DNA of 64,000 nt from Anaeramoeba ignava BMAN (Eukaryota; Protista; Anaeramoebae): contig JAPDFW010000022.1 of assembly GCA_028826165.1 (NCBI GenBank), positions 248,001 to 312,000 on the forward strand, in the 5' to 3' direction. The notes beneath the pieces are model-generated. The model ran no database searches, had not been told where the DNA came from, and saw only the letters and a list, made by a program, of their open reading frames with translations. The translations under genes and the position numbers were made by a program. This document shows positions 39,001 to 51,095 of this stretch, in pieces; positions within the stretch are counted from its first letter, which is position 1, and each line of letters opens with the position of its first letter.

Positions 39001-39035
39001 TGTTGCATTGGTTGCATTGAGTTTTGTGGGTGCAT
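36032..39035 (-). CDS. Hypothetical zinc-finger protein: Cys-rich RING-like domain, PQ/NQ linker and CCCH-type fingers, 5 exons
   Basis: Spliced CFRC..CNNC....CFKC..CDHC; then CPYW.....WCHLWDHW, CPYLNRCNRYSRCEFRH and CPTYSQSRSCPNPDCPFEH; GT-AG introns (~38856-38956, 37579-38736, 37148-37206, 36112-36516) keep the frame. Confidence 0.7.
36135..36510. repeat. Intronic 12-bp repeat (AAATTTGTAAAT)n
   Basis: Fills the last intron of the CCCH gene. Confidence 0.88.
37600..38732. repeat. Intronic 14-bp repeat (AAAATATTATAAAT)n with AAAATATCC units
   Basis: Fills intron 2 of the CCCH gene. Confidence 0.9.
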
Positions 39036-39270
39036 TAATTGTATTTTTAAATTAAAAAAAAAAGAGAAGAAATAAAATGAAAAATGAAAAAAAAAAAGGA
39101 AAAAAAAAAAGGAAAAATAAAAAGGAAAAATAAAAAAAAGAGACAACATTTTTTAATAATAAAAATAATTAAAATTAAATTAAAATTAAAATTAAAATTA
39201 AAATTAAAATTGAAATTAAAATTGTTTTCATTTTTTTTTCCTTTTTATTTTATTTTAAAAAAAAAGAATA

Positions 39271-40600
39271 ATGTCTTTAAATATTTTGCCACATAAAAAT
39301 TGGAATGTTTATTCTTTAAAAAATATCCAAAAAGTTAAAGAAGATGAAAGGAAATTTAAAGAAAAAGAAGAAAAGAAGCAAACCAAAAAAGAACAAATTG
39401 TAATTTTAATTCAAATTTTAATTCAAATTTTAATTCAAATTTTAATTCAAATTTTATCCGAAAATTAATTTCGTTATTTTTTTTCGAAAATCTTAAACAG
39501 GAAAGAGAGGCAAGATATGAGACATTGCTTAGAAAAGCTGGAATACAAAAAAAACAAGAAAAACAAATACCATTTTCAATTGAAGATCTAAAAACAAATC
39601 ATATTAATTTATTCCAAGAAAATCCTAATCTGATTGTAATGAATCAAATAAAAAAGAATGTTTTGAATCAACAAAATTTATGGATTTGTTGAGAAAAACA
39701 AAGAACGAAAAAAAATAATAAATAATCATATTATATTTCCAATTAAAAATAAACAGAATAAAGAAACAAACGAAGAATATGAAAAAGAAAAAAAAGAAGA
39801 AGAAAAAAAACTTGTTCAAAAATTGACAACATTTCTTGGCCAAAGCTCCGTAGAGATGAAAAGTATATCCTTACTCAATCACAAAATCGAGATGTATTCA
39901 TCTCAAAGAAAATATTTTTTTTAATCAAACACCCTTTTCCTTTTTAATTTAATTGAAAAAAACGCTTAGAAGAGAAACCTTGGTATCAGCAAACACAAAA
40001 CAAAGAAAAAAATATATCTTTGTAAATTTTACTTCATAAATCTTTCTCTTCTTTTTTTAACAAACTCATTTATCTTTATCACATCTATTCAATCCATATA
40101 GAATTGATGAAAGACGCAAGCAACAAGATGATCCACTTTCCAAAATTCAGAGATCTTTAGCTCAAAGAAAATTGCAAAAAGACGAGGAAAAGAATCAAGA
40201 AGAAAAAAATAAAACACCTCCTGTTTTTTTTTCCCCATTAAATTCACACAGTTTGTGGGATCAAAAACCTTTGGAAAAAGAAAGAAGGGAAGAAAAGAAA
40301 AAAAGAAAAAAAAATAAACATAAAGAAAAAGAAAAAGAAAAGAAAAAAGAAACAGAAAAGAAAAAGAAAAAGCATCGGAAATCAAGAAAAAAATCGGATA
40401 CAAATCAAGAACTATTAAAATTAAGACAAGAACGTTTATTAAGAGAATCACAAGAAAGAGAAAAAATAGAAAAATTAAAAAATCAACTAACAAATCAAAA
40501 TAATCAAAATAATAATAATCAAAATAGACCACAACAAACAATATTTTCCCGCATGGTTCGAATGGAAACTGGTGGTTCTCGGTTAAGAAGTGATTATTAA
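39271..40600 (+). CDS. LENG1: LENG1-like (Cir_N domain) splicing-associated protein, 5 exons
   Basis: NILPHKNWNVY...N..KV..DE, EREARYE.L, HINLF, FLGQSS, KPWY, DDPL and LRQERLLRE..ER match the LENG1 family. Confidence 0.8.
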
Positions 40601-40752
40601 CTGATTAAATATAATTAAAATGTCAAATAAAGAAAAAAACGATCACTATATAAGAAATAAAAAAAAATTTTTTCATTTTTCATTTTTCATTTTTCATTTT
40701 TCATTTTTCATTTTTTTTATTATTTTTACTTTTATTTTTATTATTATTAAAA

Positions 40753-41941
40753 ATGTCAAGTGATTCAGATGATTTTATTTTAGATTCAAGTGAAGATGAT
40801 GATTTTGAAGATGATGAAAATTCAAATCAAATTAGTCAAGAAAAACCAAAAAAAAGAAAAAAAAAAGATTCAAAAAAAAAATCAAAAAAATCAAAAAAAT
40901 CAACAAAATCAAAAAAAGGAAAATCAAAAAAATCACAAGAAAATGAAGAAAATAATGAAGAAAATAATGAAGAAAATAATGAAGAAAATAATGAAGAAAC
41001 AAATTCAAAATCAAAATCAAAATCAAAATCAAAATCAAAATCAAAATCAAAATCAAAATCAAAACCGAAATCAAAATCAAAATCAAAATCAAAAGGAAAA
41101 ACAAAAGCAGATCCAAAAAAAAAACTAACACTTGAACAAGCAAAAAAAGTAGTAAAAGAAGAAATAGTGAAACAAAACAGACCATTTTCAGCTCAAAGTG
41201 CTGTTGAATTTTTAAATAATACATTAACAAAAGCAACTTGTCAAAAAGCTTTAGATTATTTAGCTGGAAAAAATATTTTAACAATGAAAGCTTCAGGGAA
41301 ATCAAAAATTTATTTTGCCAATCAAGATAATATTACAATTCTTTCAGAAAATGAATTAGAAAAATTAGAAGAAGAAATTAAGGAATCACAAACAAATTTA
41401 GAATCACTTGAAGAAGAAAACAAGATATTATATTCAAGTAAAGAATTTCAAATTAAAAAGAATTCAATTTAAAAAGAATTCAAATTAAAAAAATTAACAA
41501 ATTTCAATCATTTTTTTTAGCTATGAAAAAACTAGAAAATACTCTTGAATGGAATGATTTAATTCAAAAACGTGATTCTTTAAAAGAAACAACTCAAAAT
41601 TTAGAAAAAGAACTTGAAGAATTAAAAGAAAAAAGTAAAAATATTTCAATTGAAGAAAAAGAAATTGTTGAAAAAAGATATTCAAAAATGAGAGATGAAT
41701 GGAAAAAAAGAAAATCACTTTGTTATAAAGTACTTGAAAAAATTGCAGAAGGAGCTGAACAAAAAACTACAGATTTAATTGTAATTTTAATTCAATTTAA
41801 ATTTAAATCTATTTTTATTTTTATTTATTTTTAATCAAAAAATTAAAGGAAAAAATGGGAATTGAAACAGATGAAGCTGTTGAAGTTTCTTTTACAAATA
41901 ATTCAGTTGATCAATTACTTCAAAATTCACAAAAAAATTAA
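40753..41941 (+). CDS. HOP2: Homologous-pairing protein Hop2 (PSMC3IP/TBPIP) with low-complexity N-extension, 3 exons
   Basis: QNRPFSAQ...L.K...QKALD.L....L..K..GKSKIYFANQD, coiled coil, EWKKRK..C, MGIETDE. Confidence 0.9.
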
Positions 41942-42150
41942 AATTTAAATTTAAATTTACAAAAAAATTCAATTCAAATGAAAACAAAAACAATTCACTT
42001 CTTTCTTTCTTTCTTTTCTTTTTACTTTCAATTTTTTAAATAAAATTGTTTTTGTTCCACTTTTTTTTTTATCAACAATTTTTATTTTTCATTTTTTTAA
42101 TTTTAATTTTTTAATTTTAATTCTTTAATTTTTTAATTCCAATTTTAATT

Positions 42151-45110
42151 TTAATTCCAATTTTCCATTTCTTCTGATTGTGATTGTGAATAAGAACGAA
42201 ATTGAGAATTAAGTAAAGCTCCATCAGAAACAATTCTTTTTATTAAAATTGGAGAACGAATTAAATTTGAATCAGAAAGAAATCGATTTGGTTCAAGATG
42301 AGAAGAAGTTAAGAAAACAAATGGTTCATTAAATTGCTTATAATTTGGATTTATTATATATTTTGGGGATTGAGTAGAATATTCCAATTCAATAAGATTT
42401 GTTGTTGGAAAATTAAGTTGACAAATTTGACAAGTAAATATCTTTTTCAAAAAATTAAATTAAAAAATTTAAATTAAAAATTATAATAAAAAATTATAAT
42501 AAAGATTTTTAATTGAAAATTTACTTCTTGTTCTTGTCCATCTACACAAGAAGAATGAAATAAATGGTTGCATGGAAACAAAACAACAACTTCTCCATCA
42601 GAAAAAGGCATTCCACAAATCCCACAAACTGTATTCAATTCAACCATATCTGAATCAACTTGAAATTTTAATCCTTTTGTAAATATTGGTTCATTTTGTT
42701 TTTCAGGTTCTTTTTTTCTATAAAAAATCAATTAATAAATTTATTAATAAAGTTAAATAATTATTATTTACTCAGTATTTTCTTGAATTGAGGAAAAAAA
42801 ATGTGAAAGTGCTTGTTTAATTGATGGATTTTTTTCAATTTCTTTTTCTAATCCTTTTCTAAATTTTTTTAATAAAAATTGATTTGTAAAATTTATATTT
42901 TTTTTTTCCGAATTTGAAATTTGAAATTTTTAATTTTTTTTTTTACCTAATTTTTGTGAGTTTTAAACTTTTCTTTTTTGGAGATTCAGGATTTGTATTT
43001 TTGTTTTTATTTTTGTTTTTATTTTTATTTTTATTTTTATTTTTATTTTTGTTTTTATTTTTTTTTAATTTCTCTTTTTCTTTTTTTCTTTTCTCTTTTT
43101 CTTTTTGTTTTTTTCTTTTTTTTCTTTCTTTTTCTTTTTTTTTCTATTCAAAAAAGTAAATTTTTAAAATGAGAAATTGATTTAGGAATTTAATTTTGGA
43201 AATTGAATATTTACTTTTAAATTTGATTTTGATTTTGATTTTGAATTTGAATTTGATTTTTGTTTTGATTTTGATTTTGAATTTGAATTTGATTTTGATT
43301 TTGAATTTGATTTTGATTTTAAATTTTGATTTGGATTTGATTTTGAATTTGATTCTGATTTTGAATTTGAATTTGATTCTGATTTTGAATTTGATTTTGA
43401 ATTTGAATTTGATTTTGAATTTGAATTTGAATTTGATTCTGGTTTTGATTTTGAATTTGATTTTGAATTTGATTTTGAATTTGATTTTGATTTTGAATTT
43501 GAATTTGATTTTGAATTTGATTTTGAATTTGAATTTGATTTTGATTTTGAATTTGAATTTGAATTTGATTCTGATTTTGATTTTGATTTTGATTTTGAAT
43601 TTAAATTTGATTTTGAATTTGGATTTGATTTTGATTTTGAATTTGAATTTGATTTTGATTTTGATTTTGATATTGAATTTGATTCTGATTCTGATTCTGA
43701 TTCTGATTCTGATTCTGATTTTGATTTTGATTTTGAATTTGATTTTGAATTTGAATTTGAATTTGATTTTGAATTTGAATTTGATTTTGATTTTGGTTTT
43801 GATTTTGATTTTGATTCTGATGATTCAATTTTGACATTTTTTTGGGAATAATCGTAATCATCATCAACAACAGAAATAAAACCATAATTTAAATCAGATG
43901 AAATGCTTAAATTTTGAGACTCAACCCCAAAAATAGAATTAGGTTTTGCTTCTCTTTTTGAGTTTTTAGTTGAATTTGGGATTAATCTTAAACTTGATTT
44001 TGATTTTGGTTTTAAATTTAATTGTGTGTCTGATTGTAACGTTAATTCTGAAATTAATTTTGAGCTTGCTATTGTTCTTAGTTTTGTATTTCGAGTTTGA
44101 AATAAATGGAAATACGATTTTTTATTTGGATTTAATTTTGGATTTAATTTTGAATTTGAATTTAAATTTGAATTTGATTTTGAATTTGAATTTGAATTTG
44201 AATTTGAATTTGAATTTGAATTTGAATTTGAATTTGAATTTGAATTTGATTTTGAATTTGAATTTGAATTTGAATTTGATTTTGATTTTGAATTTGAATT
44301 TGATTTTGAATTTGATTTTGAATTTGATTTTGAATTTGATTTTGAATTTGATTTTGAATTTGTTTTTGTTTTTGAATTTGAATTTGATTTTGAATTTGAT
44401 TTTGAATTTGAATTTGAATTTGAATTTGATTTTGAATTTGAATTTGTTTTTGTTTTTGAATTTGTTTTTGTTTTTGAATTTGATGTTTTATTATTATTTT
44501 TATTTTTGTTTTTATTTTTATTTTTATTTGTATTATTATTTTTATTTTTGTTTTTATTTTTGTTATTTTTATTTTTATTTTTATTTTTGTTATTTTTATT
44601 TTTGTTATTTTTATTATGTTTCTCTTTTTTGTTTTTTTTTGATTTTGAATTTGAATTCTTTTCATTAACAGAATCTACATCTAAATCTAAATCTAAATCT
44701 AAATCGAAATCAAAATTCAAATCATTTTCAGAATTATTTTCTTCAATAAAAACATCTTCAATTTCAATTTCTGAATCTAAAGCATCAATAATTTCTTGAG
44801 ATAAATGAATTTTATTGTTTTGAAAACTTTGAAAATTTTGAGATTCAACAAGTTGTTGAATTCTATTTTGAACAAAAAGATGGATTTGATTTGTTATCAT
44901 TTCATTAACATCAACAGATCTTCTAGAAAATTCATTTGAAATTTGAGAACAAATTTGATTTGCTAATTCTTCTTGATATTTTTCTTGTAATTGATATACA
45001 TTTTGAATTGGTGTAAATTCCCAATTTGGTTGTGGATTTTGTCTTGCATTTGAATTCCAACAAGAATGATCATTTGGATCATGAATTTTATTACAAATTC
45101 GACAAAACAT
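42151..45110 (-). CDS. RING-H2 zinc-finger protein with long (SK/SN)n tracts, about 5 exons
   Basis: CGIC...[16 protein letters not shown] followed after an intron by TCQICQ; N-terminal CRIC...H.....HSC; middle exon boundaries are approximate. Confidence 0.7.
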
Positions 45111-45360
45111 AATTGATAAAAAAAAATTATAAAAAAATTAAAAGTAAAATTGATGAAAAAAAATGAAAGAAAAAAATGAAAAAAATTTTTTAATTTTTTT
45201 TTCTCCTTTCTTTATTTTATTTTTTTATTTTAAAAGGAGAAAAAAAAATTTTTTTAAATTAAAATTAAAATAAAAAATAAGAACTAATTAATTTTTTTTT
45301 TCATTTTTTCATTTTTTCATTTTTCATTTTTCCTGTTTTTCCATTTTCTATTTGAATAAA

Positions 45361-48300
45361 ATGTCAAAACCTAAAAAAACAACAATTGACAATTATCTTG
45401 AAAAAAAAGACTTTGCAAAGGCAATTAAATTTTGTGAGGATATTGAAGCTATTGTAACTCTACATTTTTCAATTTATTTTAATTTTAATTTTGAATTTTT
45501 TTTAATTTTAATTTTTAATATTTTAATTTATAATTTATTTTAATTTTTTTTAGTCTCATGGAACTGATACTAAACCAATGTTTCACCAACAAATCATACT
45601 TTACTTAATAACAAATGATACGTAAATATATTTATATTTTTTAAAAACTGATTTTCTTGAAATAAGAACATGAAATTAAAATAAATTATAAATAAAATTA
45701 TAAATTAAATTATAAATAAAATTATAAATAAAATTATAAATTAAAATATAAATAAAATTATAAATTAAATTATAAATAAAATTATAAATGAAATTATAAA
45801 TTAAATTATAAATAAAATTATAAATTAAATTATAAATAAAAATTATAAATAAAATTATAAATTAAATTATAAATAAAATTATAAATTAAATTATAAATAA
45901 AATTATAAATTAAATTATAAATAAAATTATAAATTTAAATTATAAATTAAATTATAAATTAAATTATAAATAAAATTATAAATAAAATTATAAATTAAAT
46001 TATAAATAAAATTATAAATAAAATTATAAATTAAAAATATAAATTAAATTATAAATAAAATTATAAATTAAATTATTAATTAAATTATAAATAAAATTAT
46101 AAATAAAAATATAAATTAAATTATAAATTAAATTATAAATTAAATTATAAATAAAATTTATAAATTAAATTATAAAATTAAATTATAAATAAAATTATAA
46201 ATAAAATTATAAATAAAAATTATAAATTAAATTATAAATTAAATTATAAATTAAATTATAAATTAAATTATAAATAAAATTATAAATAAATTAAATTATA
46301 AATTAAATTATAAATAAAATTATAAATAAAATTATAAATTAAATTATAAATAAAATTATAACAAAATTATAAATTAAATTATAAATAAAATTATAAATTA
46401 AATTATAAATTAAATTATAAATTAAATTATAAATAAAATTATAAATTAAATTATAAATAAAATTATAAATTAAATTATAAATAAAATTATAAATTAAATT
46501 ATAAATAAAATTATAAATTTAAATTATAAATTAAATTATAAATTAAATTATAAATAAAATTATAAAATTAAATTATAAAATAAAATTATAAATTAAATTA
46601 TAAAATAAAATTATAAATAAAATTATAAATAAAATTATAAATAAAATTATAAAATAAAATTATAAATAAAAATTATAAATTAAATTATAAATTTAAAATT
46701 ATAAATTAAATTATAAATAAAATTATAAATTAAATTATAAATTAAATTATAAATTAAAATTATAAATTATAATAAAATATAAATTAAATTATAAATTAAA
46801 ATTATAAATAAAATTATAAATAAAATTATAAATTAAATTATAAATTAAATTATAAATTAAATTATAAATTAAATTATAAATAATAAAATTATAAATAAAA
46901 TTATAAATTAAAATTATAAATAAAAATTATAAATAAAAAATTAAATTATAAATAAAATTATAAATAAAAATTATAAATTAAATTATAAATAAAATTATAA
47001 ATAAAATTATAAATTAAATTATAAATTAAATTATAAATAAAATTATAAATTAAAAAATTAAAATTATAAATAAAATTATAAAATAAATTAAAATTATAAA
47101 TTAAATTATAAATAAAATTATAAAATAAAATTATAAATAAAATTATAAATTAAATTATTAAATTAAATTATAAATTAAATTATAAAATAAAATTATAAAT
47201 AAAAATTATAAATAAAATTATAAATAAAATTATAAATAAAATTATAAATTAAATTATAAATAAAATTATAAATAAAATTATAAATTAAATTATAAATAAA
47301 ATTATAAATAAAATTATAAATAAAAATAAACAAAAATTATAAATTAAATTATAAATAAAATTATAAATTAAATTATAAATAAAATTATAAATTAAAATTA
47401 TAAATAAAATTATAAATATAAATTAAATTAATATAAATAAAAATTAAATTATAAATAAAATTATAAATTAAATTATAAATTAAAATTATAAATTAAATTA
47501 TAAATAAAAATATAAATTAAATTATAAATAAATATAAATTAAATTATAAATTAAATTATAAATAAAATTATAAATAAAATTATAAATTAAATTATAAATA
47601 AAATTATAAATAAAAATTATAAATAAAATTATAAAATTAAATTATAAAATAAAATTATAAATAAAATTATAAATAAAATTATAAATAAAATTATAAATAA
47701 AATTATAAATTAAATTATAAATTAAATTATAAATTAAATTATAAATAAAATTATAAATAAATTATAAATTAAAATTATAAATAAAATTATAAATAAAATT
47801 ATAAATTAAATTATAAATTAAATTATAAATAAAATTATAAATAAAATTATAAATTAAATTATAAATTAAATTATAAATAAATTTCTAAATAAATCAAATT
47901 ATAAATTAATTAAATTATAAATTAAAAGAATTGGAGCAAGATTTTTATACAAAAGATTACCAACAGAAATAAAAAAAACAAAAGTAATTGACAAATTATG
48001 GGAATTAACAAAGATTATGTGGAATAGTGAATCAGGAGGAATGCTTGAAATAATACCATCAATTAACAACTTTCACTGGCCAGACGAACTCAAGAATTTA
48101 ATCAACATTTTACTAGAAGAAATCCGACAAAGAATGTTGAAATTAATTGGAAGTGGATATTCAACAATTTCAATTTCAAGCTTAACAATGTATCTTGGTT
48201 TAACTGATGTTGATGCTTTATCTATTGTAAAACCTCTTGGTTGGAAAGTTACTAAAGATTTTGTTTATCCTCAACCAATTCCAAAACCAAAAAAAGTCGA

Positions 48301-48364
48301 AGAAAAGAAAGATTCTCTTGTCGATTTAACTCAATTTATCATGGCTTTCGAAAAGAATCAATAA
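45361..48364 (+). CDS. COPS8: COP9 signalosome subunit 8, 3 exons
   Basis: Spliced CEDIE, YLITND..GARFLYKRLP..IK, W......W, IRQR..KLI..GYSTI, YLG, LGW, LT.FI...E; introns 45454-45553 and 45622-47928. Confidence 0.88.
45675..47925. repeat. Intronic 11-bp tandem repeat (AAATTATAAAT/A)n, ~2.25 kb
   Basis: Fills CSN8 intron 2. Confidence 0.93.
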
Positions 48365-48830
48365 GCTTCATAAATTTTTCACCTTGTGATTAATCTCACA
48401 AAAAAAAAATTTTTTTTTTCTTCTCAATTTACTTTTCTTAATAAGTCGCCATTATTATTTCCTTCTTCTTTCTTTTCTTTTCTTTTCTCTTTTTTTTGCT
48501 TTTTTCCGTTTTTTTTCTTCTTCTTTTTCTTTTTCTTTTTCTTTTTTTGATTCCAAAAATTTCATTCCACAAAAAAAAAAAGAAAATTGAAATTTTTTTT
48601 TTTACTTTTCTTCTTCTTTTTGAAAACAAATTCCATTTTAAAAAAGAAAAAAAATTCAAATAAAAATGGAGAATTCTAAAATTGAATTAATTTTGTTTTT
48701 GTTTTTGTTTCAATCAAAGTCAAAATTTTAATCAAAAAAAAAAAATAAAAAAAAAATAAAAAACAAATTATCATTTCATTTTTTTTCTCTTTTTATTTTG
48801 ATTAAAAAAAAAAAGAAAACAGATTAAATT

Positions 48831-49681
48831 ATGAATGATCCAAAATTTTCTGTTTGTTTTTTTGTTAATTTTTTTGTTAATTTTTTTGTTAATTTCATTT
48901 TGATTAAAATTTATTTTAGATCAAATTAATTGGGAAATCAGGAAAAATAAAATTAGAAGGAATTGTAACATTAAGAAAAGAATATTTTAGAATTAAATCG
49001 AAAGAATATGAAATTATAACAAAATACAATGAAATTGAAAAAGTATTTAAATTTTTATTTCAATTTTTATTTCAATTTATATCTCAATTTTTATTCCAAT
49101 TTTTATTTTAATTTTTATTTCAATTTATATTTCAATTTATATTTTTAAATTTAATTATTAGGTTTTCCTTAAATTTGAACCTCAATTCCAATGTTTTTGT
49201 CAATTAAATGAAAAGAAATTATTAAAATTTGATTTTGAAATGAAAGAAGATCTTTTGAAATTCGCAAAAATTTTGAAAGAAAAACAAAAACAATTTCGAG
49301 ATCACAAAAAAGAAATAATTGATCAAGAAGAAGAAAAAAGAATTATAGAAGAATTTGAAGTTTTTTTCAATGAAAAAAATGAAAAAAATGAAAAAAATGA
49401 AAAAAATGAAAAAAATGAAAAAAATGAAAAATAAAAATGGAAAATTTCTTCTTAATCAAAATTCTTATATTTTAGAACTTCCAAATAAACATCAAATTAA
49501 AGCAAAATTTCAAAAAAATTCAATGTTATTAATTCATCCAAATAAACCTAAATGTAGAATTGGATTTGGAGATGAAAAAAATACTTATATAGATCTTTAT
49601 TTTCAAAATTCTGATCAAAAAATGGAATTTGCCAGAAAATTTACAAAACAAAGACTTTTGAGTTTAAAAGAATCAATTTAA
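48831..49681 (+). CDS. Hypothetical protein with two PH-like repeats, 3 exons, frame break at ~49432
   Basis: ATG 48831; introns 48852-48919 and 49043-49161 in frame; second module in the +1 frame (..LIHPNKP....IDLYF....KMEF..KF) resembles the repeats of 21703..22875. Confidence 0.55.
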
Positions 49682-49759
49682 AACTAAATAAAAGGAAAAA
49701 ATTGAATAAAAGTCAAAAAAAAAAAGAAATAAAACGTGTTTTGTTTTGTTTAAAAAAAT

Positions 49760-49830
49760 TTTTTTTTCATTTTTAATTTTTTCATTTTTTCATTTTTTCA
49801 TTTTTCATTTTTCATTTTTTCATTTTTTAA
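49760..49830 (+). promoter_or_regulatory. Tandem (TCATTTTT)n Inr-like array abutting the Sec22 start codon
   Basis: About seven TCATTTTT copies ending a few bases before the ATG at 49831; function is inferred. Confidence 0.55.
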
Positions 49831-50992
49831 ATGGCTCTTTTTACAAATATTGCTAGAATTCAAGATGGACTTCTTCTTTGTTCAGATTCAGATGAAGAAG
49901 CTGATTATACAAAATATCAAAATTATGCAAAACAATTATTTCAAAAACTTGAAGCAATGGAACAAAAAATTGACAAATTTTCAATTGAGGAATCAGAATT
50001 TACTTATCATTATTACATAGCAAATGGAGTTTGTTATTTAGGATTTTTTAAAAAAAATTATCCATATAGAGCAGTATTTGCTTATTTGAAAGAATTAGAA
50101 GAAGAGTTTAGAAGAATTTACAATCAACAAGAAATAGAAGAAGCTAATCGTTCTTTTACTTTTATCAAATTTGGTAAAATTACAATTAAATTCAATAATA
50201 ATTTTAATAATCATTTTAATAATAATTTTAATAATAATATTAATAAATTTTAATAATAATTTTAATAATAAATTTAATAATAATTTTAATAATAATTTTA
50301 AATAATATTTTAATAATAAATTTAATAATAAATTTAATAATAAATTTAATAATAAATTTAATAATAAATTTAATAATAATTTTAATAATAATAATTTTAA
50401 TAATAATTTTAATAATAATATTAATAATAAATTTAATAATAAATTTAATAATATTTAAATAATATTTTTAATAATAATTTTAATAATAAATTTAATAATA
50501 TTTTTAATAATAAATTTAATAATAATTTTATTAATAATTTTAATAATAATTTTAATAATCAATTTAATAATAAATTTTAATAATAATTTAAATAATATTT
50601 TGTAGAAAGTGTAATTAGAAATCTTCGTCAAAAATATACTGATGATTCTTCTTTAGCTGATAAGAATATTCAACAACTTAGTGAAAATTTAACTGATGTT
50701 CAAAGAATTATTACAAAAAATATTAAAGAAGTTTTAGAAAGAGGAGAAAAATTAGAAAGTATTTAATTAATATTAATTTTAATTTTAATTTTAATTTTAA
50801 TTTTAATTTTTAATTTTTTAAATTAAAAAAGCACTTAATCTTGCTTCAAGTAAATTATCAAATGAATCTAAAGTTTATGCAATTAAAGCAAGAAATTTTA
50901 AATGGAGAATGTGGTGGAAAACTTATTCTCCATTAATAATTATAGCAGCAATAGTTTTCTTGGTTTTATTTATTAAATTCTTTATTTGGTGA
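49831..50992 (+). CDS. SEC22: Longin R-SNARE Sec22, 3 exons
   Basis: IARIQDGLLL, YP...VFAYL.EL..EF, RSFTFIKF, DVQRIITKNIKEVLERGEKL and a C-terminal TM; introns 50174-50605 and 50759-50831. Confidence 0.92.
50190..50600. repeat. Intronic 12-bp repeat (AATAATAAATTT)n
   Basis: Fills Sec22 intron 1. Confidence 0.88.
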
Positions 50993-51095
50993 TTTTGGAA
51001 AAAAAAATAATTTTCTTCTTTAAATTTTCTTCTTTAAATTCTTCTTTTCAAATTGATTTAATTGGGAATTCAAAATAAAGATTTTAAAAAAAAAA

